Of a DNA stretch of 64,000 nt, positions 19,463 through 30,888 are shown one piece after another; within the stretch, counting starts at the first letter, position 1, and every line of letters starts with the position of its first letter. Source of the stretch: Babesia bigemina (taxonomy: Eukaryota); NCBI RefSeq assembly GCF_000981445.1, contig NC_027218.1:2542001-2606000 (forward strand). The letters are read 5' to 3'. Made by a program: the position numbers and the translations under genes. The notes under the pieces are model-generated. The model had not been told where the DNA came from. It searched no databases and saw only the letters and a program-made list of their open reading frames with translations.

Positions 19463-21316
19463 CTACAATTCCACGCAGTAGCGTTCAGCGTATTCTATAG
19501 AACTAAAACAGAAGTATCTCCCCTTCAAAAACTCAACTTGAAGTGCTTGGTATGCATTAGTTGCATCTCTTTTGATGTAACAGCAAGTGCACGCACTGCT
19601 GAATATACCCGTCATGTTTGTGATTACGCTTGTATATGTAGATTCATCGTACAATCCCAGGAATAGGAATAGCGCCATAAATGCCTGTATATGTTTGTGG
19701 GATGAGACTAACTGTAATTGACCAACCATAATGGTGAGCGCTGTGACCCTAGTAATGATGTCGCGACGCCTCATGCGATGTGGACCGAATGGATAAATTC
19801 CCATTATATGTTTGATGCAACCCCAATGCCGCTCGTTGGCCTTGGCTTCGGACTCGTATTGGAACCTGGCAAGTGCTTCACTTTGGCTCGATTTGGCAAT
19901 AGCGCGAATGTACTGTGCCTTCTTGGCATCACTCATCCATCTAGAGAAGTACCTTATCACAAAACGCTGATAAGGAACACCTCTGTCAAAAAGAGCCACC
20001 GATTTGATGGTCGCAAAACCGTATAGGAGACCGAAAATGTACCCGCCCTGTGAACCATGTGGATAGTGTTACGCATGTACACAATTCACGCAATATCAGT
20101 AACGCATCCAAGAAAACCGGTCGGAAGCAGCATTATCATATGGATTTGTACCGATTATTCCCAACTTGGGCAAATAAAATAAGCGCAGTAAGCATTCACT
20201 AAATCGTCTAGAGGAATGAACGTACCACATGGATGTGAGCGCTGACAGTTTTGTCCATAGCAGCGAAATCCACCACGAAAATCGTCAGACTTAGGAATAG
20301 AATGAGTTCGGGGGAGCCCATGGCATACCAATGCTCCACGCAATATGGCACTATTGCACCAATGAACCCTAACTGTATTCCCGAAGAACCGACCTGCTTG
20401 AGGCAGGGCACGAACACCACGCCAACCAGGTACCCACCGTAACCTGTAACGAGGTACCCTACCAGCGTACGGAGGAATCCCCACTCCTGAACATGAATCG
20501 TGTTCTGTTACCGCACGGGGCGACATGCATTGATACAGTCATTTCATGATGACGCAACTAACCGGCTCAATGACGTAAAATATGATGACCTGTGCCACAG
20601 AGTTATTCAATAGATGGAGCCATCCACCGTGCAGCGCGATTGCGGTAAACATCCGGAACCACTCGCCGTAGTGCCTTATATAGTTGGTATCTGCGCAACC
20701 CAGAATGTTCAGCGTGCGCCATTTGGGCCCGTAATACGCGGAAAATGAGGCATTGAGCTCAAGGGCACCTATGGACGGGTAACCGTTGTCCTCGCCGTTG
20801 GAGTAGAAGCTGATGCTGTCTGCCGCGCTGTTGGTATTGTGCTCACAGGCGCTGTACCCCAGCGGTGAGTAATATGGCGCGTTTATGTCCGTAAGACTGT
20901 AATCAACGCGCCCTATACACCTACCATGGAACGTTGTTTTGTTTATGACGAGGCTGCAAATTTAATACAGATGCGAACATTCATCATCACATATGTCCAC
21001 AGATGAAAAATCAACGACCCTATGAACAATAATCCACGATTGGCACATTTGACAACACAGGTGCATCGAAAACCAACCTGAACAAAAATACTACGATATA
21101 GATAACAAGGGAGCTCTTAAGTATGGCAAAACTCCCCGTTTTGGGGTCTCCAGATGGTTCCTTTCTAATGCAATGCCTAACACTCTTCGCAATGTTATCT
21201 AAGCGCGTATACAGCGCCTCCACACAGTTTGGCATGCAATTACTCCATCCCATTCTTGTACGGATCGCTGCTTGTTGGCGCCTCTGCTCCGTATCCCACG
21301 TTTGAGAATCCGCCAT
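19463..21316 (-). CDS. ROM4: Rhomboid protease, ROM4-type, multi-exon
   Basis: Exons read LGYSACEHN, DTNYIRHYGEWFRMFTAIALHGGWLHLLNN, VIEP|EWGFLRT, catalytic VGSSG and AHIHV|GGYIFG. GT-AG introns seen; exact 5' exon boundaries uncertain. Confidence 0.85.
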
Positions 21317-21785
21317 TATGCAATTGCACCGAGTCACAGATCGTTCGCAGATGTGCAATTCAACGGCAGTCACCGCATCACGCGATTATCGCGACATAAT
21401 TCCTGGGATGTGAATCAACATTTACCCACGCTCAACGGTAGTGACATTTTTACACGGTTCGATGGCTCATCAGCGATGCTGAAATCACGTTTCTAGCATA
21501 CGCGATCGATTCAACGTACGGGCTACGCGTTGATTCTATCCCACGTCTAAAGATCCATATTTGACTCAGGGTAAAATGCGCAAAAGTTTTTTGTGCTTCG
21601 CCGTATGTCGTTGCATTTGGGTATTGACAGATAATTCTTCTAATCTCGTAATTATATCTACGTTGTTATGCAACATTTATACTAGTTCCGCACCCGAAGA
21701 TACCAACGTAGGATAGTTATCTTGTGTAGGGGTCCGCCACGTCTACTTCCCAGCCTCCGTGTTTCCATCTGCCTATTGCGCGGGT

Positions 21786-22000
21786 TTGCCTCTTTGCGTG
21801 CCTGGACCCGGCTCTGTAGCCGCAAGTTATGAAAACGAAAAGCGCACGAGACATCGCCTGTCCGTAAATTATTGGCAATGTATATGTCGGAAGGGACTCT
21901 GCGCAATCTGCAGTAACGGCGGTTGACAGGCTAATAATTGCCCTAGCCTCAACGACGCAACATTGTTTTCCTACACCGATCTACACGACTGCGACGGTAG
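21786..22000 (-). repeat. Inverted repeat, right arm (pairs with 19172-19384)
   Basis: Reverse complement contains ctcgtgcgcttttcgttttcataacttgcggctacagagccgggtccaggcacgcaaagaggcaa, matching 19320-19384. Confidence 0.9.
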
Positions 22001-22919
22001 ATTTTGTGCTTGATGCTTATGCTGATCCTTACAAGTATGAGACATCCCACAAAGGCCTAGAGGTTAACTATCTCCAACCTCGAGGTGTACACCGTTACTT
22101 GTGAACCCCTTTCATTGGTCGTCTCACAGTGTTGTTACGCAACCTATATTTACGGCGTAAACGATTTATAATCCTGCGCAGGTTGTTCCACAAATCAGCT
22201 TCAATCTAACTCCAAGAATACGTGCTGTATAACTACGCTGCAGGAACCGCTGAAGGTGCTTATTTCGAATTCAACAATTGATTAGCACCATTTCCTTTCG
22301 CAATGGATTGCCAAGACATCATTATTATCCACGGGGCCCGTCCCCGTGTGACGTGCCGCTGCGAAGAACCCGTTCGACATTGCCATGGCGGAACTATCCA
22401 CCTTTGGATTCCTTCGGACACGTATTCCATATCCGTTGACGATTCTACAATAAGGGTGGCTGTACCCTTGGACCACGGACAGCGACTTCTTTGCCGACAT
22501 AAGATAGTGCACTTGACGGACACCAACGTATGCCGGAGCCAAGAAAACAACCGTCCTCAAAACGAGACCATACACGTGAAGATTTGTTGCTCTTAAGTCT
22601 AGGCATCGTGCTGCGCGATCCACGACGTGTAAAGTGGCGGAAGGAGAATGCCTCGAAAGTATCCGCGATCCGGTAGCAGAACACCCAACGACTCCCGTGA
22701 GCCACCAAAATGAAGTGACCACGAAATTGACGAAATACAGCCACGGAATAGATAACCTAGCAACACACACGCGCGCACAAACGACAGAAATGATAAATGT
22801 AGAGCGTAACAAAATCACCTCGGCAAGCTGCCCATCCAGCGAACCGACCGACCACACGAAACCTGCACACCACGATATGAAAATAAGGCGCCCAATTAGA
22901 TTACAACCACACAAGTTGT

Positions 22920-23486
22920 TCAGAGAGAAAGCGATGGTCTGTGGTCCGCGAACGTCTCCCGGTCGGCCTTGGTCACGAGCGGCTGCGGCCTCAGAATTGG
23001 GAACTTGAGCTTCGTGTTGTGAAGCTGGGTGGTGCGAACCTTGCGGCAGTCGGCATCGGCGATTTCGCGGGCGCGAATGATCTGGATGCAGCTGGCGCGC
23101 GCCTTGTCACGGCCGGCCATCTCACCGTACATCTGGGAAATGGCGCCCGTCAGGGTGGTGTCGCGGTACTCCTTGTACATGTTGTGGATTCCGGTGCGGC
23201 ACTCGTAGCGCAACAGCACACCGTAATTCTTCACCTTGGTGGGCTTGGGCTCCAGGAGCACGTTGCAGGCCAGAATCTCACCGCCGGAACGCTTAGCCTT
23301 CTGCAGCTTGCGCATAAAGTACCAGAAGCGGCCCTTCGCGAGCACGGCGTTCTTCGCGAAGATGTTCATACGGTAAATCAGAGGGTTGGGGTTCTTCTTC
23401 GAAGGCGCCGCCCTGCCAACCACGTGGTAGTGGGTGAGGTTCTGGCTAAGGGAGGGCTTCCTCTTCGCGTCGCTACGCTTCACCAT
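22920..23486 (-). CDS. RPL18A: 60S ribosomal protein L18a (eL20)
   Basis: [45 protein letters not shown] motifs. Confidence 0.97.
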   Translation of the reverse strand: MVKRSDAKRKPSLSQNLTHYHVVGRAAPSKKNPNPLIYRMNIFAKNAVLAKGRFWYFMRKLQKAKRSGGEILACNVLLEPKPTKVKNYGVLLRYECRTGIHNMYKEYRDTTLTGAISQMYGEMAGRDKARASCIQIIRAREIADADCRKVRTTQLHNTKLKFPILRPQPLVTKADRETFADHRPSLSL

Positions 23487-24281
23487 CGTGCCGCAACGCT
23501 GATGGGGAAAATGGCTGTATCCGATATAAAACGACTCTCACGCAATATGCGCCGATATTATAATGCCACGGTCGCGACGTAGCAGCGGCCAACGAGGCTA
23601 AAACCGGCCGCACAGCGCCCACCCCACCATCCAGAGGCCCGGGCCACGCGCGCCCCCTCCGTAGATACAACTATAGCACCCCTCTAGGGCAAATAATCGG
23701 CACAATGGCTTCAATTGCAATACAATTTGGCCGTACCGGCCGTTTTTGGACTGGTTCCGCGGTGCCCTCCGTGGGATGACCCATGGCGGCCATAGGTCAA
23801 TCGCCCCGAAAGACAACACACCTGGTGTGATTGTTACACCGTTAGATACGATGCGATCTAGAATATGTGTAGAACGTCTGGTGACCTATCTGCGTTATCC
23901 TCGCAATGAAGACAGCACGTTAACGGCGCTGCAGTGATTATGTGCTCAACGGTACGGAAATCACAAAGCTTTGCTGCTGCGGCAACACACACCGAGAGCA
24001 GCTGTTATACGCCATTTTTTGGCTGTTATGTGTCGCGAAAGTCAAATACGGCGCCTCCGCGCTGGGCGAGTCTTCCACGATACACGTCGCCGCAAATACA
24101 CACATATTCGCCGGCCACGCATAACACCTTATAATTCACGAAACAGACAGATTACGCGTCTTCGGCCGCGTGAGGGCGTCATCGCATCGGCCGATGCTGT
24201 TGGGCTCTTGTGTGGGCCTCGCGCCACTTCACAAAATCCAGTACCGGTTGAAGTGACTACCGTTCCAATACGCATACCAAA

Positions 24282-24892
24282 ATGGCACCCATCCAACGTC
24301 TTTTTGCCAGCGCCCTCGCGAGGAATTCGCACCTCACCAGCCCGCTCGGAGCGCGCTTCTTGTCCCAGGTGCCCAGCTTCCAGAGATTCGACGCTAGGCA
24401 GCAGACCAGGCCCACCGCCGCGGAGCTCCCCAAATCCCTGTACATCCACCAGAATGGCATCCAGAATGCGCTGCTCACGAACTTCGCAAACAGGGTAAGT
24501 GCGCGTCCACTGCCGTGAAGGCCCAGACAGGGGTGATTCAAGTAACCGCCTCTGCTGTGGCCCGTGTCTGTCCATAATATGGTTCTATATTTCACATTTA
24601 ATGTGGTGTAATGCATTTGCAGGGCAACATGGCGAGTCTCGCGCCATTCAACAACAAGTTCGGCGCCAGGTACGACGGAGGCATCGCCACGCTCGGTGCC
24701 GCTGTCGCGCTGATGTCCGTCGGAGGTGTCGCCCAGGGTATCGGCAACCTGTTCGCAGCCTTGGTTTCCGGCACTGCCCGCAACCCATCCATCAAGGAGG
24801 ACCTGTTCACCTACACCCTCATCGGTATGGGTTTCCTCGAGTTCCTTGGCATCGTTTGTGTCCTCATGAGCGCCATCATGATGTACTCGTAA
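24282..24892 (+). CDS. ATP9: Mitochondrial ATP synthase F0 subunit c with presequence; exons 24282-24494 and 24623-24892
   Basis: GGVAQGIGNLF..LVSGTARNP...LFTY.LIGMGFLE motif; the gtaagt...ttgcag intron keeps the frame. Confidence 0.95.
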
Positions 24893-25976
24893 ACATTTCG
24901 CTAAATTCCTTCGCATGACTCTAAATACACCATTCTGCAATCTGGTTCATAGCAAAGTGTCGACCTTGGTGGCCGGTAATTTGAATGCCGCGACTCACCG
25001 GCAAGGTTCACGGCAGTTAGTATGAGGGGCGGCTGTGAACGGCTCTGCACCGTATGTGGCAGTGTTCTTACAAATACATCTGGCAAACGAAGTGTGGGCG
25101 GCAACGACGCAAGTCGAGAGAAGCCGAACCGAGAAAAATGGCACTGTAAACCACGAAACGGGAAGTTGGTGTGATGTAATACGATAGAAACTGCTGACGT
25201 GACCCTTTTGACATGTTTATATCTCGTGAGTATTACAAACGTGATCACTACTGCCCAAGGCACGTTATGCGATGAGCAGGCGCCAACCGCGACGCAACAA
25301 ACATAGTACAGCCTAATATACCCACGTTTGACGAGTAACCAACGTGAGTTACGGCCTTTTAGGTGCCAATTATGTGACCGAAGCACTGTAGGCTTGTCAA
25401 CCAACGTCGCAGACGGCATAACGCAACCAAATCGTCGTAATAAATACATAGGCGCGTTTACCTGCTAACTAAATCAAATATGGCACCCTATAGTGGTACA
25501 GTATTACGCACTGAACACTACTAAACGGTACCAGTGGATGCCACCGACGGCTACCGCTACGCGAAACGGAATGATCGTGATCTCTTCCAAAAACTTTGCA
25601 TCCTAAATGGCTCGCAGTATAATTCTGATGCGAAAGTATTGCACTGTTAATCTTAGAAGTGTGCTCTGAGGTGTTTTGAAGCCACACATCACCGACAGCA
25701 GCCACGGCAGCCTGCGCGCGACCGGAGCTCGCCGGCAGATGGAGGAGCGCCCTGGTTGCGGTCCTCTGCTCTAACAATGTCACCAATGTAGTCCCCTTCG
25801 AATTGGCCATATCATCGCTCTATGTGTGCAATTTCACGAGATACTGCAGCGCTGTTGAACCTTGGCGGACTTAGACACGGCAGTCAAGCGATGGAGAAGG
25901 TCGCACAGCTGCGTTATCTGATCACATAGAACACCCAGGAGCGTCCCGCGTTGTTGGCGACCCGAATGCACCGACG

Positions 25977-26606
25977 ATGAGCAGGAAGCAGGAGGTCGTG
26001 CCGTCAACGCACAACTCCCTCGACGTGCTGCCGGAAATCTTCAGGAACGAGGAGTCGTCGCTGCTCATACAGACGTACCCGCTGGAGATGGTGAAGCGAG
26101 CTGTTGGCGAGATCGCCGTGTGCCTCTCCGCCTTCACGCACTACGCAAGGGAGTACCGCGACGCGCTTGCATTCGCCCCGGGCGACACCAAGAAGCTCTT
26201 CAAGCAGAAGCTGCTCATGGACTACTACGCACTCTGCTACCTGGCCGGCTCGAAGAACTACTACCTGTACAACACGCACCGGATGAACCTGATAAAGGAG
26301 CTCGCCGTCACGTACAACGGGCTGTACGACGTCATCCCCATGAACGTCATCGAGCGCCTGTCGGACCAGGAGGCGACGTTCCTCAGGGACACGTGCAACT
26401 CCATCATCAAGGCACCCCTGCCGGTGCGTCCGAAGAGCTACAGCATCATCGCGATCCTCAAGGACATCGTCACCGACGACATCGCAGACAGGAACAACCC
26501 CAACATGCGCTACTACCCCAAGGGCGCGAAGCTCACCGTACCGACTGACATGGCCGAGCTGCTCGTGCAGTCGAACTGGATCAAGGTCATCAAAACCAAC
26601 CTTTAA
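25977..26606 (+). CDS. GINS complex subunit (Sld5/Psf1-type)
   Basis: NE...LL..YP.E.V start, Y...R...I and P......LS..E..F helical domain, C-terminal KG......AE.LV..N.I beta domain; strong GC3 coding bias. Confidence 0.6.
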   Translation: MSRKQEVVPSTHNSLDVLPEIFRNEESSLLIQTYPLEMVKRAVGEIAVCLSAFTHYAREYRDALAFAPGDTKKLFKQKLLMDYYALCYLAGSKNYYLYNTHRMNLIKELAVTYNGLYDVIPMNVIERLSDQEATFLRDTCNSIIKAPLPVRPKSYSIIAILKDIVTDDIADRNNPNMRYYPKGAKLTVPTDMAELLVQSNWIKVIKTNL

Positions 26607-26924
26607 CGCGCCCGCCGTGCGTGCCCGACTATCCCATCGTTGAAATACAAACAGATCGATTCCCCAAATGAGGGAGCCCGCTTGCACCCATCGGCGGTGT
26701 GCTAATGCGGGTTTGCAGCACGCGTAACAGACTGTATTTGAATGATTCCGGGCTAGTCGGCGCGCGGCCGCCTAGCACATTAACGCTAAGTATATCGTGG
26801 GTAAGCATTAAGCAAGTTACGATTGGGCGAGAGCCCCTTGCTACACAGCGCTCAGTTTTTTTTACATGAAACGCGACATGTACTACGTTTGACGAGGCCC
26901 GCTAGGGGCCGTTTCGACGCGCCA

Positions 26925-27466
26925 TTAGGCGACTACAGGGAGGTGGCTATGATGACAGTTGTGGCACCCGCTCTCTCGAGACGCGAAGTGGTTGGAGGAC
27001 ACCAGCAGAGCACAACCCGTGAGTGACAGCGCTGTGTCGTACCAGCCCTCCACGAGCTGGTGGCCGCACACCACCAACACAATGCCGCAGAGGCCCTGCG
27101 CGAGGTAACGACGCCTCTTGCTTTTGCGATAGTTGACAAACACGGACAGCAGCCCGAGGGGGATGACGCACGCTATCTCGACCTACGACCCATGGAATGG
27201 AAATTGGCGCTCCAAACGAACCACGTGGACAACGTTCTCGTAGGCGTGGAAATTTTGGAACATGTCAAGCAGACGGAAGAGTGTTATCAGTGCTGGTAGC
27301 ACGATGCAGTCTATCAGGCAGAGTAACGCGGCGTAGTTTAGCAGAAATAACCCCGCGCGGCGCAGCCTGAGCGTTAACAGCGAACCAGGAGGCCAACCTA
27401 CCGCAACTTCATCCATCCGTACGAACCGACGCGCAGATTCCACGGATCCAACTCCGAGGCCTCCAT
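26925..27466 (-). CDS. MerC-domain membrane protein, 3 exons
   Basis: LLCLIDCIVLP resembles MerC TM1 (LCxxxCxxLP); two short GT-AG introns join the frames; four hydrophobic segments; C-terminal CHNCHHSH. Confidence 0.7.
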
Positions 27467-28005
27467 ACCGCCGTCGGCCACATCCAAAAATGACACTGAA
27501 CCCACGAACGTCAGAGCATGTGCCGCCAAAAGGGGCGCGGCGCACTCGTACACGTCGCCGCGGTGACCGAGGAAACTACACACCGGAACTCAAAGGCGCG
27601 GCAATACCGCCCCTAATTTAACCGAAACCGAAGCCTTCGGCTCGGGAAGCGGCGGATTTAGGAAAGTGTGTTAGCCCCGCGCCGCAAAAAGCAGTCGCCG
27701 CTCATACCACCTCCGGCTGAGGTGGCGCCATACGCGGCGTGACGGCGTCAAAAAAACGCACACCTGGCATTTAACGAACACTATCCCGCAACTCACTCGA
27801 CTTGGTACACGAGCGCGCGCTTATTTCGGGCGCGTTGAATTTATGCGGCGAGGCTGCGTGAGGCAACGCGGATTCCGCGCCCAGCCCAGCTATGGGGTGG
27901 GAGCTCATTGCTTGTACTTCATTTAACATCGCACCGGGCTCATACTCCGAACCCCCAACAGTCATATTTTAAAGCATTAAGCGAACCGAAGCGCCGGAGA
28001 ACACG

Positions 28006-30540
28006 ATGGCCAAGGAAGCGAAGAAGACAAAGAAGCAAGGTACGTAGTCCAGCCACATGGCCCGTGATGTCGCTTTTTGCTACTTCTGAGCGTATGACGA
28101 AGTTACACCGATATTGACTGAGGCCAAACACACGGCCTAGCAAAATTTTGGGCCGCGTTTAACACCACGTGCAGAAATTGCCGCTGTGGAAGGCAGCAAC
28201 GCCACCACGTCGTCCGAGTCCACGAAGGCTGTGAAGGGCAAGAAGGCCGACAAGAAGCGGTCGTGGTTCTCCTTCGGAACGAAGAAGGACTCCAGCAGCT
28301 CGGAAGACGAAAACCCCAAGGAGGCCATGGTGCAGAAGCCGGTTGCCGCCCAAGGCTCAGACGGGTCTGATTCCGAATCGGACACTGAGTTCGTCGTCTT
28401 GCCCAAGGGGAAGTCGGCGAAATCAGCCGCAAAGAAAAGCAACGCTAGCGCTGGTGCCGACCAAAAGAAGGGCAAAGATGTGGAAAAGTCAACCGACGCT
28501 AGTGGTGCTAAGAAGGCGTCCGCCAAGAAAGCTGCACCGAAGAAGGACGTGATCGTGGAAGAGAAGCCGGTCGACAGTTCGGAGGACGACAGTGATGACA
28601 CCGATTCAAGCGAAGAAATCGTGCCTGCCAAGGTTGCGCCTAAGGCTGAGAAGCCCAGCCCAGCCAAGCAGGACGACTCCGACGAGGATGACAGCGATGA
28701 CGAGGACAGTGACGACAGCGACTCTGAGGATGAAGAGTCCGAAGAATCGTCGGAGGAAGACGAAAAGAGCGCCAAAGTCGACCAAAAGGCCCTGAAAAAG
28801 GCCGAGGAAGACTCGGAGGATTCCGATGACTCCGATGAATCGTCAGATGAAGAAGCATTGCCTGCGAAGACATCCCCTAAGATGGAGAAGAAACAGGAAC
28901 AGAAGCCGGCCGGTGACGACAGTGATGACGACAGCGACGATGACAGCGATGACGAGGATGACGACAGTGACGATGAGGACAGTGATGACGATGACAGCGA
29001 CGATTCTGAGGACGTAGTGATGGCCCCTGCCAAAACTACGGGCGGAAAAGAGAAGAAGGCCAAGGAAGAGCAGAGCAACAAGATGGACGTCGACGGCGAA
29101 AGCGACGACAGCGATGAAGACGAGGATTCTTCGGATGAGGACAGTGATGACGAAGACGAGGACGATGAGGATTCCGAAGAGTCTTCAGAGGAGGAGGAAG
29201 AAGAAGAGAAGAAGAAAGCTGAAGCTGAAGAAAATGAAGACGGAGCAGATGGCGACGACGAGGAGGAGAGCGACGACTCTTCTGACGACGAAATGGTCAA
29301 GCCAACCCCCCCTCCCGCTGCCAAGGCGCAGAAAGAGTCGAAGAAGCCCGCCAAAAATGCCGAGAAAGAAAGTGGTTAGTTGAATTAACCATAGCGTTCA
29401 TGCTGGTGTTAAATGCGTGTTGCATGGTTGTGAAACGCAGCCGATGAACTCTGTGTTGTGTTATTGTCAAAGTCGGGGCCGCAATGATTAAAACTTTCCG
29501 AATGACTACGTGATTAAACTATCGAGTGAAGCGATGAGCGACCCCATGCTATACAACACGTTGACTGTGTGCCGGTATTGTTTCTATTCCAGGTTTCGGT
29601 ATAAACCAGCCCCATGGTGGCCCGATATCTAAACCCGTGGCACCGTCCGCGAATGCGTTTTTTGAGCTTCGTTATGATGTGCTATTGCTGTTTTCACTGT
29701 TCTTATGTTGTTGCAGACTCAGCCGCCGGCAAGGCCAAGGGTGGAAGAAACGAGATTTACTGCGGTGGCCTGCCCTTCCAGATTACTGAGGAGGAGGTCA
29801 AGGAGCTCTTCGAGTCTGACTGCGGCCCCATCGTCCGCATCAACATCTTGCAACGCAAGGGAATTGCCTTCATCACGTTTGCCAGCGATGAAGCCGCCCA
29901 GAAGGCCGTCGAGTACAACGACACCACCTACCAGGGAAGGACTCTGAAAATCAACATCACGGCAGACCGTCCCAAGCCTGCACGCCAGCCGGGCTTCGGC
30001 GAGCAGGATGACGTCCCCCAAAGCGGAACGGAAGTCTGCATCCGCAACCTCAGCTACAACTCAACTGAGGAGGGCCTGCGGGAGCTGTTCTCTGAGTGCG
30101 GTGAGGTGGTGCGCTGCGTCATCCCCAAGTTCGAGGACACCGGCAAGAGCATGGGACGCTGCTTCATTGGGTTTGCCAGCGAGGAGGCTGCGGCTAAAGC
30201 CGTAGAGTACGACAACACTGAGATCGACGGCAGGACTGTCAGCATCCAGTACGCCCGCCCGAGGGCCCCCAGAGGAGACTTCCGCGGTGGTCGCGGCGGC
30301 TTTGGAGGAGGCCGTGGCCGTGGGAACATGGGAGGCCGCGGAGGGAACCGTGGCGGTCGTGGAGGATTTGGTGGGAACCGTGGCCGTGGCGGCTTCGGCG
30401 GCAGGGGTGGATTCGGAGGCAACCGCGGTCGCGGAGGCTTCGGCGGTGGCTCTGGAGATTTCAAGCGCAGGAACGATGGCGGCAGCATCGAGATCGACCC
30501 TAAGAAACCCAAGTCGATTGTCTTCAACGACTCGGATTAA
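28006..30540 (+). CDS. Nucleolin/Nsr1/Gar2-like protein; exons 28006-28039, 28175-29374, 29717-30540
   Basis: Acidic D/E/S tracts alternating with K-rich stretches, two RRMs (IYCGGLP...KGIAFITF; VCIRNLS...MGRCFIGF) and an RGG/GAR tail; splice phases are consistent. Confidence 0.92.
28058..28126 (+). ncRNA. Box C/D snoRNA, U24/snR24-like, in nucleolin intron 1
   Basis: C box GTGATGT 28064-70, D' CTGA 28086-89, C' ATGACGA 28094-100, D CTGA 28118-21, terminal tggcc/ggcca stem. The D' guide TTTGCTACT is complementary to the conserved LSU rRNA sequence AGUAGCAAA. Confidence 0.8.
29475..29545 (+). ncRNA. Candidate box C/D snoRNA in nucleolin intron 2
   Basis: Terminal stem GGGGCCGC/GCGACCCC encloses ATGATT (C-like), ATGA (D'-like), GTGATT (C'-like) and ATGA (D-like); the boxes are non-canonical. 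Confidence 0.5.
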
Positions 30541-30888
30541 GCCACTCCCGTACCAGGAAGAAGGAGCCTACTGTGGAAATTTTGAAAGCACGATAATTCA
30601 CAAAACTGCAACACACTGGTTAATGCTGATTTAGGCAAATTTGAACTGACATTGTATTCCATTCTCAACCGTATGCGCGACTAAAGAGCCTTAGCCTGGA
30701 AGGCGCTGCACTAGTCCGTTGTATGTTGGCATACGTTGCTTGCACTATTGACGTGGAATCCTGACACACATCCATCAGAGAAACTCTGCCGATGGCGGTA
30801 GATTGCATTTTCATACGTATAGGACCCTTTTTGACGCAATGTGTAAACACCGCGTGCCACGCCTTGCAATGACAATGACGACAAAGCA

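Noticed and set aside
19172..22000. Autonomous DNA transposon
   Set aside because: The enclosed gene is a rhomboid, not a transposase; the repeat is best conserved at its inner ends and no target-site duplication is evident.
22282..22914. 210-aa hydrophobic ORF just after RPL18a
   Set aside because: TTG start 5 nt after the RPL18a stop, different frame, GT-rich UTR-like composition, no motifs.
24901..25810. Minus-strand ORFs 25469-25810 and 24901-25449 as one spliced gene
   Set aside because: Possible, but I found no recognisable motif or convincing splice model.
28137..29354. 405-aa Ser-rich minus-strand ORF
   Set aside because: Antisense of the nucleolin acidic tracts.
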